Shown here piece by piece: positions 29,758-45,620 of a stretch of 64,000 nt of DNA. The notes below the pieces were generated by a model. The model saw only the letters and a program-made list of their open reading frames with translations, made no database searches and was not told where the DNA came from. Where the stretch lies: the NCBI RefSeq assembly GCF_001677475.2, contig NZ_CP015229.1; one strand, written 5' to 3'. The DNA comes from Escherichia coli. Its GTDB lineage: Bacteria > Pseudomonadota > Gammaproteobacteria > Enterobacterales > Enterobacteriaceae. The position numbers were made by a program, and so were the translations under genes. The first letter of the stretch is position 1, and each line of letters begins with the position of its first letter.

Positions 29758-30171
29758 TTAAAGAATTTCACGGCAGCTAATCAGGGTATAAGATGTATCA
29801 CCTTTTTTAACATCAAATATAGGAGCGCCATCTACAGAATGCAGATATTTGATGTAGGATTTACCATCTTCGGAACCATAATATTCTTCTTTCTCGTTCT
29901 TATCTTCTTTCAGTTTCGGGCTTTTGATTGTTCTATCAAATACCGGATCGTTGAAAGCAAATTGACTATTATCATCATTCACGCGAACTTTCACACCGAT
30001 AAAGCCACGGTATTTTCCAGACGGTGCATGATAATAACGGTCGCCATCACTCAGGTAGCGTGTATCATCTCCTTTATGTTCGAAGTAGGAATTACACACA
30101 TAATAGGTATTAGCATTAGCAGTACCAACCAAACCCATAGCAAGAACGATACCAGCGATAATCTTTTTCAT
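29758..30171 (-). CDS. Exported protein (137 aa) with N-terminal signal peptide
   Basis: MKKIIAGIVLAMGLVGTANA signal-like N-terminus; two Cys residues; no other motif. Confidence 0.5.
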   Translation of the reverse strand: MKKIIAGIVLAMGLVGTANANTYYVCNSYFEHKGDDTRYLSDGDRYYHAPSGKYRGFIGVKVRVNDDNSQFAFNDPVFDRTIKSPKLKEDKNEKEEYYGSEDGKSYIKYLHSVDGAPIFDVKKGDTSYTLISCREIL

Positions 30172-30216
30172 AGTAGAATTTCCTCTTGTTATTTGAATTA
30201 CGATATATTTATATCG

Positions 30217-30342
30217 TTAAAAGTTGATGCTGATTACCAGACCAAACACAACCGCACCAATCAAATCAATCCAGTTAATACACAATCCGCTATATTCTTT
30301 CTTGAATGTCTTAGATGAAATGCCATCATGAAATTGTTTCAT
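30217..30342 (-). CDS. Small membrane peptide (41 aa, MKQFHDGISSKTFKKEYSGLCINWIDLIGAVVFGLVISINF)
   Basis: Hand-translated; RBS GGGGTGA; C-terminal hydrophobic helix. Confidence 0.35.
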   Translation of the reverse strand: MKQFHDGISSKTFKKEYSGLCINWIDLIGAVVFGLVISINF

Positions 30343-30345
30343 TGC

Positions 30346-30426
30346 TCACCCCATACTAACGACAAGATAAGAAAGGCTGATCATAGTTGTGAGACTACCT
30401 CCCACGAATGAGATAAAAGCTAACAT
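30346..30426 (-). CDS. Small hydrophobic peptide (26 aa, MLAFISFVGGSLTTMISLSYLVVSMG)
   Basis: Hand-translated; RBS GGAGA 8 nt upstream; immediately precedes the 41-aa peptide. Confidence 0.3.
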   Translation of the reverse strand: MLAFISFVGGSLTTMISLSYLVVSMG

Positions 30427-30483
30427 GTTTGATTCTCCAGTTTAAAAAGCGGTGGGAATTGCACCCACCAAATTAGAAATTAA

Positions 30484-30891
30484 TTAAGCGCGAACGATGG
30501 TCAGAGTATCCAGCAAACCTTTTTCGTATAATTCGAAACACGTTTTATATTGCTCAATCTTCCAACCGTAGCGGGTGATCTTATTCAGTAGAACAATCGC
30601 GCTACTTTCATCCAGATATTGCCCCTGCTTACCGATTACATAAGTCTCACGATTCAGCTTTAACTTACGGAAACCTTTAACACCTAATTCCTTAGCCACC
30701 GCTTTAATCTCTTTAATCTCACCTTCTGCGGCTACATATTCAGCGTCGATAATCTCAGGTGATGATCTCAGTGCTACCAGAACTAAGGCCATTGCTTCTT
30801 CTTCGGTACGAGCAACACCAGCTTTCTCGAAAGTCATCTCACCAAATTTACGAATCATGATATTGAACATTGTCTGTATTCCTGCGTTCAA
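30484..30891 (-). CDS. Hypothetical protein (135 aa; alternative start at MFNIMIRK), last gene before the right junction
   Basis: ORF only; start faces the right island boundary. Confidence 0.45.
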   Translation of the reverse strand: MNAGIQTMFNIMIRKFGEMTFEKAGVARTEEEAMALVLVALRSSPEIIDAEYVAAEGEIKEIKAVAKELGVKGFRKLKLNRETYVIGKQGQYLDESSAIVLLNKITRYGWKIEQYKTCFELYEKGLLDTLTIVRA

Positions 30892-30912
30892 ACTTAATGT
30901 GGTTGGAATGAT

Positions 30913-31818
30913 ATGTTAGGCAAGGCAACCGGGCTGGATATTAATATGCTGATTGCAGTCTCCGGTTTACTGATGACCGTCACCGTCTTCTTTGGCATTT
31001 CGGCGCTGACGGTTCTTTCGGTGATTGCGGTTCCGGCTATCGCCTGCCTGGGCGGTTATTCCGTGTGGCTGGCCGTTAACGGCATGGGCGGCCTGGACGC
31101 ATTAAAAGCGGTCGTTCCCGCACAACCGTTAGATTTCAATGTCGCGCTGGCGCTGGTTGTGGGGTCATTTATCAGTGCGGGCACGCTCACCGCTGACTTT
31201 GTCCGGTTTGGTCGTAATGCCAAACTGGCGGTGCTGGTGGCGATGGTGGCCTTTTTCCTCGGCAACTCGTTGATGTTTATTTTCGGTGCAGCGGGCGCGG
31301 CGGCACTGGGGATGGCGGATATCTCTGATGTGATGATTGCTCAGGGTCTGCTGCTGCCTGCGATTGTGGTGCTGGGGCTGAATATCTGGACCACCAACGA
31401 TAACGCACTCTATGCGTCGGGTTTAGGTTTCGCCAACATTACCGGTATGTCGAGTAAAACCCTTTCGGTGATTAACGGTATTATCGGTACGGTCTGCGCA
31501 CTATGGCTGTATAACAATTTTGTCGGCTGGCTGACCTTCCTTTCGGCAGCTATTCCTCCGGTAGGGGGCGTGATCATCGCTGACTATCTGATGAACCGTC
31601 GCCGCTATGAGCACTTTGCGACCACGCGTATGATGAGTGTCAATTGGGTGGCGATTCTGGCGGTCGCCTTGGGGATTGCCGCAGGCCACTGGTTACCGGG
31701 TATTGTTCCGGTCAACGCGGTATTAGGTGGCGCGCTGAGCTATCTGATCCTTAACCCGATTTTGAATCGTAAAACGACAGCAGCAATGACGCATGTGGAG
31801 GCTAACAGTGTCGAATAA
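30913..31818 (+). pseudogene. codB: Cytosine permease CodB, 3' fragment (fortuitous ATG at 30913 created by the junction)
   Basis: Translation (ML)GKATGLDINMLIAVSGLLMTVTVFFG... matches the CodB C-terminal two thirds. Confidence 0.9.
30919..30922. other. Right island/chromosome junction (attR-like), GGCA
   Basis: Native codB reading resumes at 30919 (GKATGLDIN...); imperfect inverted symmetry between the inner island ends (ACCACCACAAT at left vs reverse-complement CCAACCACATT at right). Confidence 0.6.
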
Positions 31819-33091
31819 CGCTTTACAAACAATTATTAACGCCCGGTTACCAGGCAAAGAGGGGCTGTGGCAGATTCATCTGCTGGACGGAAAAATCAGC
31901 GCCATTGATGCGCAATCCGGCGTGATGCCCGTAACTGAAAACAGCCTGGATGCCGAACAAGGTTTAGTTATACCGCCGTTTGTGGAGCCGCATATTCACC
32001 TGGACACCACGCAAACCGCCGGACAACCGAACTGGAATCAGTCCGGCACGCTGTTTGAAGGCATTGAACGCTGGGCCGAGCGCAAAGCGTTATTAACCCA
32101 TGACGATGTGAAACAACGCGCATGGCAAACGCTGAAATGGCAGATTGCCAACGGCATTCAGCATGTACGTACCCATGTCGATGTTTCGGATGCAACGCTG
32201 ACCGCGCTGAAAGCAATGCTGGAAGTGAAGCAGGAAGTCGCGCCGTGGATTGATCTGCAAATCGTCGCCTTCCCGCAGGAAGGGATTTTGTCGTATCCCA
32301 ACGGTGAAGCGTTGCTGGAAGAGGCGTTACGCTTAGGGGCAGACGTAGTGGGGGCGATTCCGCATTTTGAATTTACCCGCGAATACGGCGTGGAGTCGCT
32401 ACATAAAACCTTCGCCCTGGCGCAAAAATACGACCGTCTCATCGACGTTCACTGTGATGAGATCGATGACGAGCAGTCGCGCTTTGTCGAAACCGTTGCT
32501 GCCCTGGCGCACCGTGAAGGAATGGGCGCGCGAGTCACCGCCAGCCACACCACGGCAATGCACTCCTATAACGGGGCGTATACCTCACGCTTGTTCCGTT
32601 TGCTGAAAATGTCCGGTATTAACTTTGTCGCCAACCCGCTGGTCAATATTCATCTGCAAGGACGTTTCGATACCTATCCAAAACGTCGCGGCATCACGCG
32701 CGTTAAAGAGATGCTGGAGTCCGGCATTAACGTCTGCTTTGGTCACGATGATGTCTTCGATCCGTGGTATCCGCTGGGAACGGCGAATATGCTGCAAGTG
32801 CTGCATATGGGGCTGCATGTTTGTCAGCTGATGGGCTACGGGCAAATTAACGATGGCCTGAATTTAATCACCCACCACAGTGCCAGAACGTTGAATTTGC
32901 AGGATTACGGCATTGCCGCCGGAAACAGCGCCAACCTGATTATCCTGCCTGCAGAAAATGGGTTTGATGCGCTGCGCCGTCAGGTTCCTGTACGTTATTC
33001 GGTACGTGGCGGTAAGGTGATTGCCAGCACACAACCGGCACAAACCACCGTATATCTGGATCAGCCAGAAGCCATCGATTACAAACGGTAA
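31808..33091 (+). CDS. codA: Cytosine deaminase (GTG start; ORF track offers ATG at 31793)
   Basis: [16 protein letters not shown]..., metal-dependent amidohydrolase HxH motif PHIHLD; overlaps codB end. Confidence 0.95.
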   Translation: MSNNALQTIINARLPGKEGLWQIHLLDGKISAIDAQSGVMPVTENSLDAEQGLVIPPFVEPHIHLDTTQTAGQPNWNQSGTLFEGIERWAERKALLTHDDVKQRAWQTLKWQIANGIQHVRTHVDVSDATLTALKAMLEVKQEVAPWIDLQIVAFPQEGILSYPNGEALLEEALRLGADVVGAIPHFEFTREYGVESLHKTFALAQKYDRLIDVHCDEIDDEQSRFVETVAALAHREGMGARVTASHTTAMHSYNGAYTSRLFRLLKMSGINFVANPLVNIHLQGRFDTYPKRRGITRVKEMLESGINVCFGHDDVFDPWYPLGTANMLQVLHMGLHVCQLMGYGQINDGLNLITHHSARTLNLQDYGIAAGNSANLIILPAENGFDALRRQVPVRYSVRGGKVIASTQPAQTTVYLDQPEAIDYKR

Positions 33092-33130
33092 TTTCCTCTG
33101 TGTTGAAGAGCCACTGACCTGTGTCAGTGG

Positions 33131-34030
33131 CTACCGTGATTCATTCTCGCCAACAACCGCGCATTCCTCCAACGCCATGTGCAAAAATGCCTTCGCGGCG
33201 GCTGTCTGCCAGCTATTTTTCCGCCGCAACAAAACCGCCGTTCTCTCCAGTAGTGGAGGGGCAAGAGAAATAGCTTTAAGCCCGTCATGTTGTGTGGCAA
33301 TAGCTGCTGGTAATAATGTGGAAAGGGAAGTGCGGCGAATCAACTCCAGAACCGCGCTAATTGAGTTCGCCTCAATGACCACCTGTGGATGTAGCCCCGC
33401 TTTCTCGCAGTAGTGGTCAATTTGCTCTCTGGTGGCAAATTCCGCGCTGAGCAGGACCAGTTTTTCATCATGCAAGCGACTCAACGCCACCTGTTCATGG
33501 GCGGCCAGCGGATGATGTTGCGCCACGACTAACGCTAAACTTTCTGTTAGTAAAGGAATTGCCTCCAGCTCCGGCGAATGCACAGGCGCGAAGGCAATCC
33601 CAACGTCCAACTCGTCGCGACAAAGCAGATCTTCGATTTTCTCCTGCGACATTTCCTGTAGCTGGAGCGTGATGCCGGGGTAGCGCGCATAGAAATCTGC
33701 CATTAAAGGGCCGATAAAGTAGCTCGTAAAGGTGGGGGTGACGGCGATACGCAGCGATCCTCGCGTCAGATCGGCAACATCATGAATCGCCCGTTTACCC
33801 GCCCCCAGTTCCTGTAACGCCCGGCTGGCGTACTGTCGCCAGACTTCTCCTGCATCAGTGAGACGAATCGTTCGCCCGCTACGGTCAAACAGCGGCACGC
33901 CCAAACTTTCCTCTAACTGGCGAATCTGCTGGGAAAGCGCAGGCTGGGAGACGTGCAACGCACTGGCGGCACGGGTAAAGCTGCCATGTTCAGCCACGGC
34001 AAGAAAATAATTGATATGTCGAGAGAGCAT
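33131..34030 (-). CDS. cynR: LysR-family regulator of the cyn operon
   Basis: [40 protein letters not shown]; divergent from cynT. Confidence 0.93.
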   Translation of the reverse strand: MLSRHINYFLAVAEHGSFTRAASALHVSQPALSQQIRQLEESLGVPLFDRSGRTIRLTDAGEVWRQYASRALQELGAGKRAIHDVADLTRGSLRIAVTPTFTSYFIGPLMADFYARYPGITLQLQEMSQEKIEDLLCRDELDVGIAFAPVHSPELEAIPLLTESLALVVAQHHPLAAHEQVALSRLHDEKLVLLSAEFATREQIDHYCEKAGLHPQVVIEANSISAVLELIRRTSLSTLLPAAIATQHDGLKAISLAPPLLERTAVLLRRKNSWQTAAAKAFLHMALEECAVVGENESR

Positions 34031-34139
34031 TCGCCAACCTATAAGTAAACCCAATAGAACTCATCATAAATGAGTCTTTTACCTTATGACAATCGGCGAG
34101 TAGTCTGCCTCTCATTCCAGAGATAGACAGAGGTTAACG

Positions 34140-34799
34140 GTGAAAGAGATTATTGATGGATTCCTTAAATTCCAGCGCGAGGCATTTCCGAAGCGGGAAG
34201 CCTTGTTTAAACAGCTGGCGACACAACAAAGCCCGCGCACACTTTTTATCTCCTGCTCCGACAGCCGTCTGGTTCCTGAGCTGGTGACGCAACGTGAACC
34301 TGGCGATCTGTTCGTTATTCGCAACGCGGGCAATATTGTCCCTTCCTACGGGCCGGAACCCGGTGGCGTTTCTGCTTCGGTGGAGTATGCCGTCGCTGCG
34401 CTTCGGGTATCTGACATTGTGATTTGCGGTCATTCCAACTGTGGCGCGATGACCGCCATTGCCAGCTGTCAGTGCATGGACCATATGCCTGCCGTCTCCC
34501 ACTGGCTGCGTTATGCCGATTCAGCCCGCGTCGTTAATGAGGCGCGCCCGCATCCCGATTTACCGTCAAAAGCTGCGGCGATGGTACGTGAAAACGTGAT
34601 TGCTCAGTTGGCTAATCTGCAAACGCATCCATCGGTGCGCCTGGCGCTCGAAGAGGGGCGGATCGCCCTGCACGGCTGGGTCTACGACATTGAAAGCGGC
34701 AGCATCGCAGCTTTTGACGGCGCAACCCGCCAGTTTGTGCCACTGGCCGCTAATCCTCGCGTTTGTGCCATACCGCTACGCCAACCGACCGCAGCGTAA
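34140..34799 (+). CDS. cynT: Carbonic anhydrase
   Basis: 219 aa, beta-carbonic anhydrase motifs CSDSR and HSNCGA. Confidence 0.95.
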   Translation: MKEIIDGFLKFQREAFPKREALFKQLATQQSPRTLFISCSDSRLVPELVTQREPGDLFVIRNAGNIVPSYGPEPGGVSASVEYAVAALRVSDIVICGHSNCGAMTAIASCQCMDHMPAVSHWLRYADSARVVNEARPHPDLPSKAAAMVRENVIAQLANLQTHPSVRLALEEGRIALHGWVYDIESGSIAAFDGATRQFVPLAANPRVCAIPLRQPTAA

Positions 34800-34811
34800 C
34801 CTTATTTTTAA

Positions 34812-35300
<489 letters not shown>

Positions 35301-35305
35301 CGGCC

Positions 35306-36487
35306 ATGCGTAATCATCAAAAGACGTTCACGATGCTGCTGGTTCTGGTGCTGATTGGTCTTAATATGCGACCACTGCTCACCTCCGTCGGGCCACTGCT
35401 ACCGCAATTGCGCCAGGCAAGCGGAATGAGCTTTAGCGTGGCTGCCCTGTTGACCGCTCTGCCGGTGGTTACCATGGGCGGGCTGGCGCTGGCCGGAAGC
35501 TGGCTTCATCAGCATGTCAGCGAACGTCGCAGCGTCGCCATCAGTTTGTTACTGATTGCCGTCGGTGCATTGATGCGTGAGCTTTACCCCCAAAGTGCGC
35601 TGCTGCTTAGCAGCGCACTGCTTGGTGGAGTGGGGATCGGCATCATTCAGGCGGTGATGCCTTCGGTAATTAAGCGGCGGTTTCAGCACCGTACGCCACT
35701 GGTGATGGGGCTGTGGTCCGCGGCTCTGATGGGCGGCGGTGGACTTGGTGCCGCCATTACGCCCTGGTTAGTTCAACATAGCGAAACCTGGTATCAAACA
35801 CTCGCCTGGTGGGGGCTGCCTGCCGTTGTTGCGCTCTTTGCCTGGTGGTGGCAAAGCGCCCGCGAGGTCGCCTCTTCTCACAAGACAACAACCACTCCGG
35901 TTCGCGTGGTATTTACTCCCCGCGCGTGGACGCTGGGTGTTTACTTCGGTCTGATTAACGGCGGTTACGCCAGCCTGATTGCCTGGTTACCCGCTTTCTA
36001 TATTGAGATTGGTGCCAGCGCGCAGTACAGCGGTTCCTTGCTGGCATTGATGACGCTTGGGCAAGCCGCAGGAGCTATGCTGATGCCTGCTATGGCTCGC
36101 CATCAGGATCGGCGCAAACTTTTGATGCTGGCGCTGGCGTTACAACTGGTGGGTTTCTGCGGCTTTATCTGGCTGCCGCTGCAATTGCCGGTATTGTGGG
36201 CGATGGTGTGTGGGTTAGGTCTGGGCGGCGCATTTCCGCTCTGTTTGCTGCTGGCGCTCGATCACTCTGCTCAACCCGCTATTGCTGGCAAACTGGTGGC
36301 GTTTATGCAGGGGATCGGTTTTATCATCGCCGGGCTTGCCCCGTGGTTTTCTGGTGTGCTGCGTAGTATCAGCGGCAATTACCTGATGGACTGGGCGTTT
36401 CATGTGCTGTGCGTCGTTGGGCTGATGATCATAACCCTGCGTTTTGCACCAGCACGTTTTCCGCAACTGTGGGTCAAAGAGGCATGA
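35306..36487 (+). CDS. cynX: Cyanate MFS transporter (start uncertain: 35306 or 35333)
   Basis: Polytopic hydrophobic ORF following cynS. Confidence 0.9.
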   Translation: MRNHQKTFTMLLVLVLIGLNMRPLLTSVGPLLPQLRQASGMSFSVAALLTALPVVTMGGLALAGSWLHQHVSERRSVAISLLLIAVGALMRELYPQSALLLSSALLGGVGIGIIQAVMPSVIKRRFQHRTPLVMGLWSAALMGGGGLGAAITPWLVQHSETWYQTLAWWGLPAVVALFAWWWQSAREVASSHKTTTTPVRVVFTPRAWTLGVYFGLINGGYASLIAWLPAFYIEIGASAQYSGSLLALMTLGQAAGAMLMPAMARHQDRRKLLMLALALQLVGFCGFIWLPLQLPVLWAMVCGLGLGGAFPLCLLLALDHSAQPAIAGKLVAFMQGIGFIIAGLAPWFSGVLRSISGNYLMDWAFHVLCVVGLMIITLRFAPARFPQLWVKEA

Positions 36488-36494
36488 TGCGACG

Positions 36495-36590
36495 CTTGTT
36501 CCTGCGCTTTGTTCATGCCGGATGCGGCTAACGTAGATCACTGAACTTGTAGGCCTGATAAGCGCAGCGCATCAGGCAATTTTTATAATT
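36495..36590. repeat. REP element(s) between cynX and lacA
   Basis: GCCGGATGCGGC...GTAGGCCTGATAAGCGCAGCGCATCAGGC palindromic units. Confidence 0.8.
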
Positions 36591-37201
36591 TAAACTGACG
36601 ATTCAACTTTATAATCTTTGTAATAATAGTGCTTATCCCGGTCGTTTATTTCGCGAATAACCCGACAAGGAACGCCAGCGGCCACGACGTTTGGTGGAAT
36701 GTCTTTTGTGACGACACTACCCGCGCCAATAACAGAATTATCCCCGATGGTGACGCCAGGATTAATGACCACATGACTTCCGATCCAGACGTTATTGCCA
36801 ATCGTTATCGGAAAAGAGTACATCTCACCGTTTTTTCTCAATTCATGGTGCACAGGGTGTCCCGTAACGGAAAGAGTAACGTTGGGTGCAATCAGTACGT
36901 TATCACCGATCGTTACCGTGTAGTCGTCTACAATGGTTAAATTGAAATTTGCATAAAAATTGCGGCCTATATGGATGTTGGAACCGTAAGAGAAATAGAC
37001 GGGAGGTTCTACCCAGGCGTTTTCCCCTACCGTTGCAAACATTTCTTTAATCAGGCTTTCTCTTTTTTCAACTTCTGATGGATGCGAGTGATTAAACTCA
37101 TACATTAACGTTTTCCCACGAAGTCTTTTTTCCGGTAAGCCTTCGCACATATCGGTAAATAGCTTGCCTGCTTTTATTCTTTCGGTCATTGGCATGTTCA
37201 T
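36590..37201 (-). CDS. lacA: Galactoside O-acetyltransferase
   Basis: MNMPMTERIKAGKLFTDMCEGLPEKRL..., hexapeptide-repeat acyltransferase. Confidence 0.95.
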   Translation of the reverse strand: MNMPMTERIKAGKLFTDMCEGLPEKRLRGKTLMYEFNHSHPSEVEKRESLIKEMFATVGENAWVEPPVYFSYGSNIHIGRNFYANFNLTIVDDYTVTIGDNVLIAPNVTLSVTGHPVHHELRKNGEMYSFPITIGNNVWIGSHVVINPGVTIGDNSVIGAGSVVTKDIPPNVVAAGVPCRVIREINDRDKHYYYKDYKVESSV

Positions 37202-37266
37202 TGCGATCATTCCGTCCTGATATGTTGGTCGGATAAGGCGCTCGCGCCGCATCCGACATTAATTGC

Positions 37267-38565
<1,299 letters not shown>

Positions 38566-38571
38566 TTATTA

Positions 38572-41771
<3,200 letters not shown>

Positions 41772-42854
41772 TCACTGCCCGCTTTCCAGTCGGGAAACTT
41801 GTCGTGCCAGCTGCATTAATGAATCGGCCAACGCGCGGGGAGAGGCGGTTTGCGTATTGGGCGCCAGGGTGGTTTTTCTTTTCACCAGTGAGACGGGCAA
41901 CAGCTGATTGCCCTTCACCGCCTGGCCCTGAGAGATTTGCAGCAAGCGGTCCACGCTGGTTTGCCCCAGCAGGCGAAAATCCTGTTTGATGGTGGTTAAC
42001 GGCGGGATATAACACGAGCTGTCTTCGGTATCATCGTATCCCACAACCGAGATATCCGCACCAACGCGCAACCCGGACTCGGTAATGGCGCGCATTGCGC
42101 CCAGCGCCATCTGATCGTTGGCAACCAGCATCGCAGTGGGAACGATGCCCTCATTTAGCATTTGCATGGTTTGTTGAAAACCGGACATGGCACTCCAGTC
42201 GCCTTCCCGTTCCGCTATCGGCTGAATTTGATTGCGAGTGAGATATTTATGCCAGCCCGCCAGACGCAGACGCGCCGAGACAGAACTTAATGGGCCCGCT
42301 AACAGCGCGATTTGCTGGTGACCCAATGCGACCAGATGCTCCACGCCCAGTCGCGTACCGTCTTCATGAGAGAAAATAATACTATTGATGGGAGTCTGGT
42401 CGGAGACATCAAGAAATAACGCCGGAACATTAGCGCAGGCTGCTTCCACAGCAGTGGCATCCTGGTCATCCAGCGGATAGTTAATGATCAGCCCACTGAC
42501 GCGTTGCGCGAGAAGATTGTGCACCGCCGCTTTACAGGCTTCGACGCCGCTTCGTTCTACCATCGACACCACTACGCTGGCACCCAGTTGATCGGCGCGA
42601 GATTTAATCGCCGCGACAATTTGCGACGGCGCGTGCAGAGCCAGACTGGAGGTGGCAACGCCAATCAGCAACGACTGTTTGCCCGCCAGTTGTTGTGCCA
42701 CGCGGTTGGGAATGTAATTCAGCTCCGCCATCGCCGCTTCCACTTTTTCCCGCGTTTTCGCAGAAACGTGGCTGGCCTGGTTTACCACGCGGGAAACGGT
42801 CTGATAAGAGACACCTGCATACTCTGCGACATCGTATAGCGTTACTGGTTTCAC
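41772..42854 (-). CDS. lacI: Lactose repressor (GTG start at 42854; upstream ATG at 42863 also open)
   Basis: VKPVTLYDVAEYAGVSYQTVSRVVNQASHVSAKTREKVEAAMAELNYIPNRVAQQLAGK. Confidence 0.96.
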   Translation of the reverse strand: MKPVTLYDVAEYAGVSYQTVSRVVNQASHVSAKTREKVEAAMAELNYIPNRVAQQLAGKQSLLIGVATSSLALHAPSQIVAAIKSRADQLGASVVVSMVERSGVEACKAAVHNLLAQRVSGLIINYPLDDQDATAVEAACANVPALFLDVSDQTPINSIIFSHEDGTRLGVEHLVALGHQQIALLAGPLSSVSARLRLAGWHKYLTRNQIQPIAEREGDWSAMSGFQQTMQMLNEGIVPTAMLVANDQMALGAMRAITESGLRVGADISVVGYDDTEDSSCYIPPLTTIKQDFRLLGQTSVDRLLQISQGQAVKGNQLLPVSLVKRKTTLAPNTQTASPRALADSLMQLARQVSRLESGQ

Positions 42855-42930
42855 ATTCACCACCCTGAATTGACTCTCTTCCGGGCGCTATCATGCCATA
42901 CCGCGAAAGGTTTTGCGCCATTCGATGGTG

Positions 42931-43764
42931 TCAACGTAAATGCACGCCGCTTCGCCGTCCGGCCACCAGAATAGCCTGCGATTCAACCCCTTCTTCGATC
43001 TGTTTTGCTACCCGTTGTAGCGCCGGAAGATGCTTTTCCGCGGCCTGTTCGATGGTCATTGCGCTCGCCATATACACCAGATTCAGACAGCCAATCACCC
43101 GTTGTTCACTGCGCAGCGGTACGGCGATAGAGGCGATCTTCTCCTCCTGATCCCAGCCGCGGTAGTTCTGTCCGTAACCCTCTTTGCGCGCGCGCGCCAG
43201 AATGGCTTCCAGCTTTAACGGTTCTCGTGCCAGTTGATAGTCATCACCGGGGCGGGAGGCTAACATCTCGATTAATTCCTTGCGTTCTTGTTCCGGGCAA
43301 AAGGCCAGCCAGGTCAGGCCCGAGGCGGTTTTCAGAAGCGGTAACCGTCGCCCGACCATTGCCCGGTGAAAAGATAAGCGGCTGAAACGATGGGTGGTTT
43401 CGCGTACCACCATTGCATCAACATCCAGGGTGGACACATCTGTCGGCCATACCACTTCGCGCAACAGATCGCCCAGCAGTGGGGCCGCCAGTGCAGAAAT
43501 CCACTGTTCGTCACGAAATCCTTCGCTTAATTGCCGCACTTTGATGGTCAAACGGAAACTGTCATCGGAGGGACTACGCCGGACATATCCCTCTTCCTGC
43601 AGCGTCTCCAGCAGTCGCCGCACAGTGGTGCGATGCAGGCCGCTGAGTTCCGCCAGCAGCCCGACGCTGGCACCGCCGTCAAGTTTATTTAACATATTTA
43701 ATAACATTAGACCGCGGGTTAAGCCGCGCACGGTTTTGTATTCCGTCTGCTCATTGTTCTGCAT
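42931..43764 (-). CDS. mhpR: IclR-family activator of the mhp operon (start uncertain, ORF open to 43776)
   Basis: MQNNEQTEYKTVRGLTRGLMLLNMLNKL..., divergent from mhpA. Confidence 0.92.
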   Translation of the reverse strand: MQNNEQTEYKTVRGLTRGLMLLNMLNKLDGGASVGLLAELSGLHRTTVRRLLETLQEEGYVRRSPSDDSFRLTIKVRQLSEGFRDEQWISALAAPLLGDLLREVVWPTDVSTLDVDAMVVRETTHRFSRLSFHRAMVGRRLPLLKTASGLTWLAFCPEQERKELIEMLASRPGDDYQLAREPLKLEAILARARKEGYGQNYRGWDQEEKIASIAVPLRSEQRVIGCLNLVYMASAMTIEQAAEKHLPALQRVAKQIEEGVESQAILVAGRRSGVHLR

Positions 43765-43954
43765 ATTAATTGACATTTATATAGTTAAAACAACGTTGTG
43801 CACCTGGTGCACATTCGGGCATGTTTTGATTGTAGCCGAAAACACCCTTCCTATACTGAGCGCACAATAAAAAATCATTTACATGTTTTTAACAAAATAA
43901 GTTGCGCTGTACTGTGCGCGCAACGGCATTTTGTCCGAGTCGTGAGGTACTGAA

Positions 43955-45619
43955 ATGGCAATACAACACCCTGACATCCAGCCTGCTGTTAACCATAGCG
44001 TTCAGGTGGCGATCGCTGGTGCCGGTCCGGTTGGGCTGATGATGGCGAACTATCTCGGCCAGATGGGCATTGACGTGCTGGTGGTGGAGAAACTCGATAA
44101 GTTGATCGACTACCCGCGTGCGATTGGTATTGATGACGAGGCGCTGCGCACCATGCAGTCGGTTGGCCTGGTCGATAATGTTCTGCCGCACACTACGCCG
44201 TGGCATGCGATGCGTTTTCTTACCCCAAAAGGCCGCTGTTTTGCTGATATTCAGCCAATGACCGATGAATTTGGCTGGCCGCGCCGTAACGCCTTTATTC
44301 AGCCTCAGGTCGATGCGGTGATGCTGGAAGGATTGTCGCGTTTTCCGAATGTGCGCTGCCTGTTTTCCCGCGAGCTGGAGGCCTTCAGCCAGCAAGATGA
44401 CGAAGTGACCTTGCACCTGAAAACGGAAGAAGGGCAGCGGGAAACGGTCAAAGCCCAGTGGCTGGTGGCCTGTGATGGTGGGGCAAGTTTTGTCCGTCGC
44501 ACCCTGAATGTGCCGTTTGAAGGTAAAACTGCGCCAAATCAGTGGATTGTGGTAGATATCGCCAACGATCCGTTAAGTACGCCGCATATCTATTTGTGTT
44601 GTGATCCGGTGCGCCCGTATGTTTCTGCCGCGCTGCCTCATGCGGTACGTCGCTTTGAATTTATGGTGATGCCAGGAGAAACCGAAGAACAGCTGCGTGA
44701 GCCGCAAAATATGCGCAAGCTGTTAAGCAAAGTGCTGCCTAATCCGGACAATGTTGAATTGATTCGCCAGCGTGTCTACACCCATAACGCGCGACTGGCG
44801 CAACGTTTCCGTATTGATCGCGTACTGCTGGCGGGCGATGCCGCGCACATCATGCCGGTGTGGCAGGGGCAGGGCTATAACAGTGGTATGCGCGACGCCT
44901 TTAACCTCGCCTGGAAACTGGCGTTGGTTATCCAGGGGAAAGCCCGCGATGCGCTGCTCGATACCTATCAACAAGAACGTCGCGATCACGCCAAAGCGAT
45001 GATTGACCTGTCTGTGACGGCGGGCAACGTGCTGGCTCCGCCGAAACGCTGGCAGGGTACGTTACGTGACGGCGTTTCCTGGCTGCTGAATTATCTGCCG
45101 CCAGTAAAACGCTACTTCCTCGAAATGCGCTTCAAGCCGATGCCGCAATATTACGGCGGTGCGCTGGTGCGTGAGGGCGAAGCGAAGCACTCTCCGGTCG
45201 GCAAGATGTTTATTCAGCCGAAAGTCACGCTGGAAAACGGCGACGTGACGCTGCTCGATAACGCGATCGGCGCGAACTTCGCGGTAATTGGCTGGGGATG
45301 CAATCCACTGTGGGGGATGAGCGACGAGCAAATCCAGCAGTGGCGCGCGTTGGGCACACGCTTCATTCAGGTGGTGCCGGAAGTGCAAATTCATACCGCA
45401 CAGGATAACCACGACGGCGTACTACGCGTGGGCGATACGCAAGGTCGCCTGCGTAGCTGGTTCGCGCAACACAATGCTTCGCTGGTGGTGATGCGCCCGG
45501 ATCGCTTTGTTGCCGCCACCGCCATTCCGCAAACCTTGAGTAATACGCTGAATAAACTGGCGTCGGTGATGACGCTGACCCGCCCTGATGCCGACGTTTC
45601 TGTCGAAAAGGTAGCCTGA
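43955..45619 (+). CDS. mhpA: 3-(3-hydroxyphenyl)propionate hydroxylase (FAD monooxygenase)
   Basis: 554 aa with FAD-binding GAGPVG motif. Confidence 0.95.
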   Translation: MAIQHPDIQPAVNHSVQVAIAGAGPVGLMMANYLGQMGIDVLVVEKLDKLIDYPRAIGIDDEALRTMQSVGLVDNVLPHTTPWHAMRFLTPKGRCFADIQPMTDEFGWPRRNAFIQPQVDAVMLEGLSRFPNVRCLFSRELEAFSQQDDEVTLHLKTEEGQRETVKAQWLVACDGGASFVRRTLNVPFEGKTAPNQWIVVDIANDPLSTPHIYLCCDPVRPYVSAALPHAVRRFEFMVMPGETEEQLREPQNMRKLLSKVLPNPDNVELIRQRVYTHNARLAQRFRIDRVLLAGDAAHIMPVWQGQGYNSGMRDAFNLAWKLALVIQGKARDALLDTYQQERRDHAKAMIDLSVTAGNVLAPPKRWQGTLRDGVSWLLNYLPPVKRYFLEMRFKPMPQYYGGALVREGEAKHSPVGKMFIQPKVTLENGDVTLLDNAIGANFAVIGWGCNPLWGMSDEQIQQWRALGTRFIQVVPEVQIHTAQDNHDGVLRVGDTQGRLRSWFAQHNASLVVMRPDRFVAATAIPQTLSNTLNKLASVMTLTRPDADVSVEKVA

Positions 45620-45620
45620 T

